57,222 bases of DNA from Candidatus Nealsonbacteria bacterium (lineage in GTDB: Bacteria; Patescibacteriota; Minisyncoccia; Minisyncoccales; GWA2-38-27), in contig JAUWWC010000003.1 of the NCBI GenBank assembly GCA_030617105.1, forward strand, positions 1-57,222, written 5' to 3'. Below the pieces are notes generated by a model. That model was not told where the DNA came from and ran no database searches. It saw only the letters and a list, made by a program, of their open reading frames with translations. Within the stretch, counting starts at the first letter, position 1. The number at the start of each line of letters is the position of its first letter. The translations under genes were made by a program, and so were the position numbers. Positions 48,600 through 57,222 of the stretch are shown here, piece after piece.

Positions 48600-49054
48600 T
48601 TCTTTCCCTTTCAAATTTTAAAAGACCTTAAATTTCTAATTTTTCACTAAATATCACTATTTATAATTATATTCATTTACTGAATCCTGTCAATAACAAA
48701 AAAAAATGGTAGGTATCCCTTTATGGACAGTAATCCATTTTCTGTGTCCAATTTTCTGTTTTTTTCAAAACAAAAAGCCGTTTAAATGTCTGTCTAAAAA
48801 TAAGCAGGTCAAAAGAAGAACAAACTCTTTTTTCTTACCTTGAATCTATTTTATCTCGCGAGTGGAGAAAAAAGAACCTGAGAGAATCTTCCTAAACTTT
48901 ATCCTCTTACATTAGAAACTGCCTCTCCGTGAGCATTGACTTCGCTGGTGGTAGACAGCAGAACTTACATTAAACGGCTAACTTCCATTTTAAAGATTAT
49001 AAATAATTAGTCAAGTCCCTTTTATAATTGTTTTAAAATTGGTATTATAAAAGA

Positions 49055-49654
49055 ATGTGGCTGATAAATTTTGCTAAAAAAATAATGGTTTTGTTATGGA
49101 GAATCTTTCTTGTTATTGGTATTTTTTGGGCGGGTATTTCCATATTTTTGCAAACCGAAAATATCACTCTTGAAAATGGAACATTAGCAACACTTTTAGG
49201 TATTGTTCTAGCTTTCATAGCAATAATCTCTGTTCTTTGTTATAAACTAATCTGGATGCAGATAAAAGAAGATGTAGATAAAGAGAGAGAATTTTCAAAG
49301 GCAGAGATTCTTCTTACTCAAGGTTATCTTCTTTGGCGAATTTATGAAAAACATAAAGATAATAATCTACTAACAGAAGCTATAACTTATACTGAAGGAG
49401 TAATCATAATTTTAAATCCTTTTGAGAGAAAACTACAAAGAAAATACGGGAAGTTTATTTGTATAGCGAAGGGTAATTTAGCTTATTATTTGGCGGAAAG
49501 AGGAAGGACAGATGATAAGGAAAAAATTAAAGCATTGATGGGATATGTTCTAACTAAAAAAAGAAAATATCCAAGTTGTGCTAAACTTTGGACAGATGAC
49601 TGTTCAATTATATCTCAAAAATTTCCAGGACTAAATCTTTCTTGTGATTGTTAA
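49055..49654 (+). CDS. Hypothetical membrane protein with a TPR-like helical C-terminus
   Basis: Two N-terminal TM helices; A.GNLAYYLAE TPR-like motif. Confidence 0.7.
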   Translation: MWLINFAKKIMVLLWRIFLVIGIFWAGISIFLQTENITLENGTLATLLGIVLAFIAIISVLCYKLIWMQIKEDVDKEREFSKAEILLTQGYLLWRIYEKHKDNNLLTEAITYTEGVIIILNPFERKLQRKYGKFICIAKGNLAYYLAERGRTDDKEKIKALMGYVLTKKRKYPSCAKLWTDDCSIISQKFPGLNLSCDC

Positions 49655-49835
49655 CTTCCTATTGCTCCTCCTGTTGGCATAATAAACTTTAATCTTAATT
49701 TAATCTTAATTTAATTATATCATAGATTAAATAAAAAGAAAAACCTATGAAACAGGAACACCCACAAAAGAAGGCATTTTTTGACCTCCTGAGCCGTGCG
49801 AAACCCGCGCCAAAATGGGCTTAACATAATTATAA

Positions 49836-51179
49836 TTACTTTTCTTTTTCAATAAGAGCTGCGAGCTCTTTTTTCTTTTGGGAGAGTAATTTTTGTGTCT
49901 TGGCTTCAATGGTTAAACGGAGCAAGGGTTCTGTTTGAGAAGGACGAACGTTAAACCACCAATCTTTGTATTCTATAGTAACCCCGTCTAAATAATCTTG
50001 TTTTCCATCTGAATATTTTTCTTTAATTTTGCCTAACATTGCTTCCTTACCTTCAACCTCAAAATTAATCTCAGCTCCTTTAGCATAAGGAGATAATTCT
50101 CTTACAAGCTCTGAAACTTTTTTATTTGATTCTGAAATTATTTGTAATAGGATTAAAAAAGTAATGAATCCAGAATCTAAATAATAATTATCTTTAAAAA
50201 TGTAATGTCCTGATAATTCTCCTCCCATTATTCCATCCTTTTCTAACATGCCATTTCTAATCTCAACAACCCCAACAGCCGTTCGAATAGGCTTGCCTCC
50301 CCATTTTTTAATAAATTCTGGTATTGCTTTGGAGCAAATTAAATTGTAAGCAATTCCTTTTCCAGGGTTTTTCTTTAAAAGATATTTAGCTAAAAGTAAA
50401 AGAGTGATATCACCTCTAATAAAATTACCCATTTCATCTATCAAATAAATTCTATCTGCATCGCCATCAAAAATAACACCGAAATCTGCTTTTTTGTCTT
50501 TTACCGCCTTACTGATTTGATCAGTAGCTCCCTGTTCAAAAACATTTGAAGCATGGGCAGGAAAACTACCATCTAATTTAAAGTTTAGAGGAATTATTTC
50601 AATAGGCAACTTTGGAGAAATTAGAGGAATCACTTTTCCTGCCATGCCATTGCCAGCATCAATTACTACTTTAAATGGCTTTATTTTTTTAACATCAACA
50701 AAAGAAAAAATATGATTTAAATAATCCTGCCAGATATCTTTTTCTTTAATCTTGCCTTTCTTTTCAACTTTTGGAAAATCCCCTTTCTCAATTGTCTGAA
50801 TCATATCTTTTCCTCGAACCAAATCTAGGCCTTCAGCTATTCTCTTAATTAATTTAAAGCCATTATACTTTTTAGGATTATGGCTGGCAGTTACCATGAT
50901 GCCTGCATCATATTCATAATTACCAACAGTGAAATATAAGCATTCAGTAGGAACTTGGCCAATGTTATACACATCAGCTCCTTGAGCAGTAATCCCTTTG
51001 CTTAATGCTTCAAAAAGGACTGGAGAAGAAAGACGCATATCCTGACCAACTACTACTTTTTTAGCTTTTACATGTTCAGCAAAAGCCTGCCCAATCTTAA
51101 AACTCACCTCTTCGTTTAAATCTTTAGGGTAAATTCCTCTAATATCACGTGATTTAAATATAGACAAATTGACTTTCAT
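49836..51179 (-). CDS. Phosphomannomutase/phosphoglucomutase
   Basis: DIRG, TASHNP, FDGDADR, GELSGH and R.SQTEP motifs. Confidence 0.95.
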   Translation of the reverse strand: MKVNLSIFKSRDIRGIYPKDLNEEVSFKIGQAFAEHVKAKKVVVGQDMRLSSPVLFEALSKGITAQGADVYNIGQVPTECLYFTVGNYEYDAGIMVTASHNPKKYNGFKLIKRIAEGLDLVRGKDMIQTIEKGDFPKVEKKGKIKEKDIWQDYLNHIFSFVDVKKIKPFKVVIDAGNGMAGKVIPLISPKLPIEIIPLNFKLDGSFPAHASNVFEQGATDQISKAVKDKKADFGVIFDGDADRIYLIDEMGNFIRGDITLLLLAKYLLKKNPGKGIAYNLICSKAIPEFIKKWGGKPIRTAVGVVEIRNGMLEKDGIMGGELSGHYIFKDNYYLDSGFITFLILLQIISESNKKVSELVRELSPYAKGAEINFEVEGKEAMLGKIKEKYSDGKQDYLDGVTIEYKDWWFNVRPSQTEPLLRLTIEAKTQKLLSQKKKELAALIEKEK

Positions 51180-51203
51180 ACAAATTTATTATACCATAGA
51201 TTT

Positions 51204-52052
51204 ATGAGTTTTTCAGTAGGTATTATTGGTCTTCCTAATGTTGGAAAATCCACTTTATTCAAGGCCTTAACTAAAAAGAAAGTTAACATTGCTGATTATC
51301 CTTTTACTACTATTGACCCTAATGTAGGAATAGTAATTGTGCCTGATAAAAGATTAAAGCAAATTGCTTCAATTATCCAGCCAGAAAAAACCATTGAAAC
51401 CGTTATCAAGTTTATAGATATTGCCGGCTTGGTAAAAGACGCTCACAAAGGAGAAGGAATGGGAAACCAATTCTTATCATATATTAGACCATGTGATGCA
51501 GTCATAGAAGTAGTTAAGGCTTTTGGAGATTCTAATCCAGAACAAGATATTGAAACAATCAAAAACGAGCTATTGATGAAAGACCGGGAAAATAATGATA
51601 ATGTTTTAGCTTCCAAACCCAAAATATATCTTTTTAATATCCGAGAGAAAATAAACTTACCAGAGATTCCTAATTCTTTTGTTATTGATTTGAAAACAGA
51701 AGAAGAGGCTTCTGAGCTATCTCCAGATGAAATAAAAGAATTAGGCATCCAATCCAAGGTTGACCAATTAATTCTCGCTTGCTACAATATTTTAGACCTA
51801 ATTACTTTCTTTACTATAACCGGAGGAAAAGAAGCCAGGGCCTGGACTCTGAAAAAAGGCTCTGATGCTATTACGGCTGCAGCCAAGGTTCATACTGATT
51901 TTGCTGAGAAATTCATCAAGGCAGAGACAATCCCCTGGCAAAAATTAATAGAAGCAGGCTCCTGGAATAAAGCAAAAGAATTAGGTGAAGTAAAAACAGC
52001 TGGAAGAGAATATATTGCGCAGGACGGAGATATAATAGAATTTAAGATTTAA
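51204..52052 (+). CDS. ychF: YchF/Ola1 ATPase, shortened
   Basis: GLPNVGKST, YPFTTIDPN, DIAGLV and HTDF...FI.AE motifs; DGD C-terminus. Confidence 0.92.
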   Translation: MSFSVGIIGLPNVGKSTLFKALTKKKVNIADYPFTTIDPNVGIVIVPDKRLKQIASIIQPEKTIETVIKFIDIAGLVKDAHKGEGMGNQFLSYIRPCDAVIEVVKAFGDSNPEQDIETIKNELLMKDRENNDNVLASKPKIYLFNIREKINLPEIPNSFVIDLKTEEEASELSPDEIKELGIQSKVDQLILACYNILDLITFFTITGGKEARAWTLKKGSDAITAAAKVHTDFAEKFIKAETIPWQKLIEAGSWNKAKELGEVKTAGREYIAQDGDIIEFKI

Positions 52053-52056
52053 TTAA

Positions 52057-52467
52057 ATGAAACCTTACGAATTAACTTATTTAATTTCATCAGATGTTTC
52101 TGAGCAGGAATTGAAAGATATTTCTGAGAAGATAAAAACTTTCATTCAGGAAGAAGAAGGTATTGTTAAAAAAACAACAGAACCATCTAAAACAAAACTT
52201 GGTTACTCAATAAAAGAAAAAGAAGAATGCTTTTTGGCTGTTTTGAATTTCTCTTTAAATCCTGAAAAAATAGCAAATTTAGAAAAGAAACTCAAATCTG
52301 ATACACAAATTCTCCGTTATCTAATTTTAAACAAAGAGGTTTCTGAAAAAACCCAAATAAAAAAGGTTTTACCAAAAGTTGAGGAACCTACGGCTGAAAA
52401 GCCGAAAACTGAAAAGGTCGAACTAAAAGAAATTGACAAAAAAATAGAAGAAATATTACAAGAGTAA
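52057..52467 (+). CDS. rpsF: 30S ribosomal protein S6
   Basis: YEL, L.Y.I.., ILRYL; rpsF-ssb-rpsR synteny. Confidence 0.92.
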   Translation: MKPYELTYLISSDVSEQELKDISEKIKTFIQEEEGIVKKTTEPSKTKLGYSIKEKEECFLAVLNFSLNPEKIANLEKKLKSDTQILRYLILNKEVSEKTQIKKVLPKVEEPTAEKPKTEKVELKEIDKKIEEILQE

Positions 52468-52468
52468 T

Positions 52469-52927
52469 ATGAACCTAAACAAAGTCATTCTTATTGGCCG
52501 TCTTACCAAAGATCCAGAAACAAAAACCATTCCTTCGGGTCACATGGTTTGTAGTTTTGGACTGGCAACTAACAGAACATGGACTGACCGACAAACAAAC
52601 CAAAAACAAGAAAAGGTTGAATTCCATAATATTGTTCTCTGGAGGAAATTAGCTGAAATTGCTTCCCAATATTTGCGTAAAGGAAGCTTAGTTTTAATTG
52701 AAGGAAGAATCCAAACAAGGTCCTGGGAAGACCAATCAGGGAATAGAAAATACAGAACAGAAGTTGTTGCTGAAAATATACAATTAGCGCCAAAAAGTCT
52801 TTCTCCAACAAACACTGCCCAAACCGCTTCTTTCCAGAAAGAAACGCCTCAAGAAGATATTCCAATCATTGAAGAAGAAGAAGAAAAACAAGATAAAGAG
52901 ATTGACGTAAAAGACATCCCGCTTTAA
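52469..52927 (+). CDS. ssb: Single-stranded DNA-binding protein
   Basis: NKVILIGRLTKDPE, EGRIQTRSW; acidic DIP tail. Confidence 0.97.
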   Translation: MNLNKVILIGRLTKDPETKTIPSGHMVCSFGLATNRTWTDRQTNQKQEKVEFHNIVLWRKLAEIASQYLRKGSLVLIEGRIQTRSWEDQSGNRKYRTEVVAENIQLAPKSLSPTNTAQTASFQKETPQEDIPIIEEEEEKQDKEIDVKDIPL

Positions 52928-52929
52928 TT

Positions 52930-53127
52930 ATGGACTGTTATTTTTGCCAAAGAAATATCAGAGAAATTGACTTTAGAAATACAGAACTTCTTAAGAGATT
53001 CGTTTCTGGCCTGGGTAAAATCAAAGCCAGGAAAAGAACTGGAGTGTGTTCTAAACACCAGAGGCATCTAGCAAAAGCAATAAAAAGAGCCCGACATCTC
53101 GGGCTGTTATCTGCTACGACTAAATAA
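52930..53127 (+). CDS. rpsR: 30S ribosomal protein S18 (Zn-binding type)
   Basis: CYFC, IDF.N...L..F....GKI..R..TG.C.KHQR...AIKRAR. Confidence 0.96.
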   Translation: MDCYFCQRNIREIDFRNTELLKRFVSGLGKIKARKRTGVCSKHQRHLAKAIKRARHLGLLSATTK

Positions 53128-53128
53128 A

Positions 53129-54115
53129 TTACGCCTGTTCTACAATAGCTTTTTTGAGCTTTTTTATTATCTCAGGATTCTCTTTTAAAAACGCTTTTGC
53201 TCCTTCCATTCCTTGTCCTAATTTCTGATTATCGTATTGATACCAGCTTCCTGATTTCTTAATAATATCCTGCTTTAATCCAACATTCAAAAGATCTGCT
53301 ATATATGATATTCCTTCATTATAATAAATATCAAACTCAGTAACTTTAAAAGGAGCAGCCACTTTATTCTTAACTATTTTTGCCTTAATTCTGCTTCCAA
53401 TAATCTCATCTCCGTGCTTTATCTGACCAACTCTTCTTAAATTAATCCTTACTGAAGAATAAAACTTAAGAGCTAACCCTCCCGGTGTAACTTCTGGATT
53501 CCCCCATTGAACTCCAATCTTCATTCTAGTTTGGTTCAAGAATATAACAGAGGTTTTGGTTTTAGCTACAATTGAAGCTAACTTTCTAAGAGCAGCAGAC
53601 ATTAATCTTGCCTGAAGCCCTATTTGAAACTCGCCTATTTCTCCAGCAATTTCTGCCTTAGGAGTCAAAGCAGCTACTGAATCAATAACAATAACATCTA
53701 CTTTGCTTGATCTAATCAAGCTCTCAACAATCTGTAATGCCTGTTCTCCTGAATCTGGCTGAGAAATTAAAAGGTCATTAGTATTAACTCCAATTCTCTT
53801 GGCATAATCAGGATCCAAAGCATGTTCTGCATCTATAAAGGCGGCTACTCCGCCTTTTTTTTGGGCTTCAGCGCAGATATGCAACGCCAACGTGCTTTTT
53901 CCTGTGGATTCAATCCCATAAATCTCAATTACTCTTCCTCTGGGGATTCCACCTATCCCTAAGGCTCTATCCAAAGAAATAGAACCAGTTGAAATAGCAT
54001 TAACATCAACACGACCTACCTCTCTAAGCTTCATAATCGCGCCTTCGCCAAAGCGCTGTTTAATCTCATCTATTGTTTCTTGCAGCTCGTTTTTTTCTTC
54101 TTTTTCTTTTGCCAT
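53129..54115 (-). CDS. recA: Recombinase A
   Basis: [22 protein letters not shown] and KNKVAAPF motifs. Confidence 0.99.
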   Translation of the reverse strand: MAKEKEEKNELQETIDEIKQRFGEGAIMKLREVGRVDVNAISTGSISLDRALGIGGIPRGRVIEIYGIESTGKSTLALHICAEAQKKGGVAAFIDAEHALDPDYAKRIGVNTNDLLISQPDSGEQALQIVESLIRSSKVDVIVIDSVAALTPKAEIAGEIGEFQIGLQARLMSAALRKLASIVAKTKTSVIFLNQTRMKIGVQWGNPEVTPGGLALKFYSSVRINLRRVGQIKHGDEIIGSRIKAKIVKNKVAAPFKVTEFDIYYNEGISYIADLLNVGLKQDIIKKSGSWYQYDNQKLGQGMEGAKAFLKENPEIIKKLKKAIVEQA

Positions 54116-54151
54116 AATGATATTTTAGTTTAAAATATCGAAATTAAAATG

Positions 54152-56338
54152 TCAAACTTTTTCCCATTCGCCTTTGTCTTCTGGGGTTTCTGATTCGGTC
54201 TCCACGTCCCCATAGACCTCGCGTGCCCTTGCTCCTTCCCCAGGTCCAACTATTCCTCGCTCCTCTAAAATATCAATCAATCTAGCTGCTCTCGCATAAC
54301 CAACTCGCAGTCTTCTCTGAAGCAAAGAAGCAGAGGCCTTATTTGCTTCAATTACTAATCTCTTTGCTTCTCCATAAAGAGGGTCCTCTTGACCATAAGA
54401 AACCCCGGTACCTTGTTCTTGCTCTGCTGAATCTTTTTCTAATTCCTGAATTAAGTCAGTTTTCATTTCTTTTTGCGCTTTCAATTCTTCTTTTTTTGAA
54501 CCTATATGCTTAACTACTTTCTTAACTTCTTTTTCTGAAACATAAGAGCCTTGAATTCTTTTAGGCTTAACTATCTCAGCTGAAACGTAAAGCATATCTC
54601 CCAAGCCCAATAGCTTCTCAGCTCCAGCCATATCCAGAACTGTTCTGGAATCAACTTGAGAAGCAACCTGGAAAGTAATCCTAGACGTTATATTTGCTTT
54701 AATCAAACCAGTAATTACTTCTACTGACGGCCTCTGGGTAGCCACTATCAAATGAATACCAACTGCTCTTGCCATCTGGGCTAAACGAACAATCCCTGCC
54801 TCAATCTCTCTGCCCTTAGCTGCCATTAAATCAGCAAGCTCATCAATAATCAGAATAATAAAAGGTAGAGGAGCAGTTCCATTTTTTAAAGTCAGCTCAT
54901 TGAAAGAAGCAATATCTCTTGCCCCGGCTTCTGACAATAAATCAAACCTTCTTTCCATTTCTCCAGTTAGCCACTTTAACACACCGATGGTTTGCTTAGC
55001 ATTATAAATTACAGGGCATAAAAGATGCGGAAGATTATTATAAACTGGGAACTCAACTCTTTTAGGGTCAACTAAAATAAATCTCAGGGTTTCTGGACTA
55101 GCGCTTTTAAAAGAAGTGCTTGGCTGGTAAAGCAAACTCAAAATTAGAGAGTTCAAAAATATAGTTTTTCCCGTACCCGTGGAGCCGGATACCAAAAGAT
55201 GAGGCATTCTTGCCAAATCAGTATAAACTGGAACACCAGAAACATCCCTGCCCAAAGCAATTACCAGATTTGATAAAGATTTCTGGAAATTAGGACCTTC
55301 AATCAAATTTCTCAATCTGACCTGAGCACGAACCTTATTAGGAACCTCTATGCCAACTAAAGACCTGCCTGGAATAGGAGCTTCAATTCTAATTGGATGG
55401 CTAGCCAAAGCCAGAGCCAAATCATTAGACAGGCCAGTGATTTTAGACAGCTTCACTCCTTCAGCCGGCTTTAAAGTATATTGCGTAACAGTTGGACCAA
55501 TATTTATTTCTGACATTGTTACCTCAATGCTAAAGTTCTCTAAGGTCTTTTTAATAACTGCTGAATTTACTCTGGTGTCGCCGCTGGTAGGCGCGCCGCG
55601 ATCCGGCTCTAAAAGATTAAAAGGAGGGGGTTGATAAGAAAAAGTTCTATCCCCAAGCACTGGCCTTGTCTCTAATTTCATTCCGCTAAGCGGTTCATCT
55701 TGCTTTAATTCTTCTGAAGCAAGGTCAGGAATCTCTTTAACTTTAAACTTGGGCATAAAGATTCTTTTAATAATAGACGGCTTAACAGGAGCTTCTTTAT
55801 CCAGGGCTTCAGGAGATTCAGGAGCTTCTTTTTTACGAGGCCTGCCTAAAAGATGCCAGAAAATCAAACCTCCAATGGCAATTAAAGCTAAGAATATAAT
55901 TTGGGTTGCCCAAAATCCAAAATATCTTAAAAATGGCCAGGTTAAAACATAACCCAGCCAGCCTCCTTTCATAGAATCTGGATTAAAACTTCCTAAAACC
56001 CCGGTTATTCCAAAAATTAAGACCAAACCAGCCAAAATTACCGGCCAGATAAAAAACTTCTGTTCACGTTTAGCAGTCAAAAGCACAAATCCTGCTAAAA
56101 TAAAAACTAAGGGAATTAGAAAAACTGTCTCTCCGATTAAAAACCTGCTGGCTTGCATAAAATAGAGGCCTGCTTTTCCAGCTTTGTCAAAAAAACTCAA
56201 GCCAGTGATTACTGCTATTAAAACCATCAAAACCCCTAAAATCATTTGCTTTATTTCAGCAGGCAAAGCAAAACGAGCAAATCTTTTTCCCCGTTTATCA
56301 AATCTCTTTTTAAATTTTCTCTTTTTTCTCTGTGCCAT
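54152..56338 (-). CDS. ftsK: DNA translocase FtsK
   Basis: 4-TM N-terminus; GSTGTGKT, DELADLM, ATQRPS; gamma domain LQRRLRVGYARAAR. Confidence 0.97.
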   Translation of the reverse strand: MAQRKKRKFKKRFDKRGKRFARFALPAEIKQMILGVLMVLIAVITGLSFFDKAGKAGLYFMQASRFLIGETVFLIPLVFILAGFVLLTAKREQKFFIWPVILAGLVLIFGITGVLGSFNPDSMKGGWLGYVLTWPFLRYFGFWATQIIFLALIAIGGLIFWHLLGRPRKKEAPESPEALDKEAPVKPSIIKRIFMPKFKVKEIPDLASEELKQDEPLSGMKLETRPVLGDRTFSYQPPPFNLLEPDRGAPTSGDTRVNSAVIKKTLENFSIEVTMSEINIGPTVTQYTLKPAEGVKLSKITGLSNDLALALASHPIRIEAPIPGRSLVGIEVPNKVRAQVRLRNLIEGPNFQKSLSNLVIALGRDVSGVPVYTDLARMPHLLVSGSTGTGKTIFLNSLILSLLYQPSTSFKSASPETLRFILVDPKRVEFPVYNNLPHLLCPVIYNAKQTIGVLKWLTGEMERRFDLLSEAGARDIASFNELTLKNGTAPLPFIILIIDELADLMAAKGREIEAGIVRLAQMARAVGIHLIVATQRPSVEVITGLIKANITSRITFQVASQVDSRTVLDMAGAEKLLGLGDMLYVSAEIVKPKRIQGSYVSEKEVKKVVKHIGSKKEELKAQKEMKTDLIQELEKDSAEQEQGTGVSYGQEDPLYGEAKRLVIEANKASASLLQRRLRVGYARAARLIDILEERGIVGPGEGARAREVYGDVETESETPEDKGEWEKV

Positions 56339-56347
56339 ATTTAAAAA

Positions 56348-57178
56348 TTACTCCTCTGCCAGCAATCCTCTCTCCCTGGCTCCTTCCACGTATAGTTTTC
56401 TAATCTGCGCTGAACTCAGGGATTGTTCGTAGATCCGGACATCGTCGATTGTGCCGCTGAAATGAGACTGGTCAGCATAATATCTTCCGATAAAAAGATT
56501 GCGGGTATTGGTAAGGTCATAATCGAGAACACTACTTCTACTACTATTCAATGACCCATCAATATACCATTTTACTTGTGAGGCATCTATAGTCAGAACA
56601 TAGTGATGCCAACCAGCGCTTATAGAACCATCTGTATAAAGACCTCCTGCATTCCCAACAGTTCTTAACTTCCCATCTGTTTCAAGTCTCCAATCTATTC
56701 CATTCCACGCACCACCATTATAAGAAGTTTTAGTGAAGAAAATTTGCTCTGATGCGGGAGTTATATCATTTGCTTTCATCCACATTTCTACGCTTACAGG
56801 GTTATTGCCCCAGTGAAATATCTCATTATCTACAACCTCCACATAATCATCCACGCCGTCAAAACTCAACGCATAACCTTTTCCACTTGGGGTATCTCCT
56901 TCTGCAGTCCAAGTAGCTCCATTAATTGTTCCGTCATTACCATAACCGCTGGCATCTGCTGTGGGGTCTGCTTGGTCGTCAAAATCCCAGATTCCTACTG
57001 CATAAGCACCTAAAGCGTGATGCACGCTGGCACTGAATTGAAGCCCTTTGGCTATTCTTGCTTTTTCTCTGGCTGATCTGGTAGCTACTAATACAATACT
57101 TGCTATAACACCAATAATAGCTATTACTACTAATAATTCAATGATGGTAAATGCCCTTTGGTTTTGAGTTTTAAACAT
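56348..57178 (-). CDS. Type IV prepilin-like protein with a LamG/concanavalin domain
   Basis: A|FTIIELLVVIAIIG N-methylation motif; ALSFDGVDDYV, WHH, YIDG and F.G.IDDVRIY LamG motifs. Confidence 0.9.
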   Translation of the reverse strand: MFKTQNQRAFTIIELLVVIAIIGVIASIVLVATRSAREKARIAKGLQFSASVHHALGAYAVGIWDFDDQADPTADASGYGNDGTINGATWTAEGDTPSGKGYALSFDGVDDYVEVVDNEIFHWGNNPVSVEMWMKANDITPASEQIFFTKTSYNGGAWNGIDWRLETDGKLRTVGNAGGLYTDGSISAGWHHYVLTIDASQVKWYIDGSLNSSRSSVLDYDLTNTRNLFIGRYYADQSHFSGTIDDVRIYEQSLSSAQIRKLYVEGARERGLLAEE

Positions 57179-57222
57179 CTTTTTTGCGTTAAGCCTGGCT
57201 TAACGCAATATATCATTTGTTA

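Larger units (their letters stand above)
48338..49820. mobile_element. Islet of about 1.46 kb bounded by a 22-bp direct repeat of the trpS 3' end
   Basis: cgaaacccgcgccaaaatgggc at 48338-48359 and 49799-49820; no integrase inside. Confidence 0.7.

Noticed and set aside
49651-49680. 9-aa ORF MPTGGAIGS convergent with the TPR-like gene, as a possible signalling peptide
   Set aside because: Too short, with no SD or secretion signal; indistinguishable from chance.

Overview
AT-rich bacterial chromosomal segment (genetic code 11) of densely packed housekeeping genes. These include six aminoacyl-tRNA synthetases (leuS, metG, glyQS, ileS, argS, trpS), smpB-ssrA-infC-rpmI-rplT, groSL, uvrA, recO, recA, ftsK, rpsF-ssb-rpsR, rnj, glyA-folD, iorAB, polX and tRNA-Leu(CAG). 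Shortened proteins, archaeal-type enzymes and a LamG pilin suggest a Patescibacteria (CPR, Parcubacteria-like) organism; this is an inference. The most unusual signal is non-coding. About ten orphan or accessory genes sit between core operons as self-contained cassettes, each with a near-consensus sigma70 promoter, a strong Shine-Dalgarno and usually a terminator hairpin, whereas most core genes look leaderless or SD-less. At two loci (24.1-25.4 kb and 37.9-39.8 kb) a near-identical promoter/leader (77 bp and 93 bp) is duplicated in front of two unrelated ORFs, with a toxin-antitoxin-like pair between the copies. Other points: three covarying 23-bp palindromes, a 22-bp att-like duplication of the trpS 3' end, RNA genes abutting downstream start codons, an eL37-like zinc micro-ORF, heptamer repeats translated inside tRNA synthetases, and single-base lesions in argS and rplT that may be sequencing errors. 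All calls are by eye, with no database searches.
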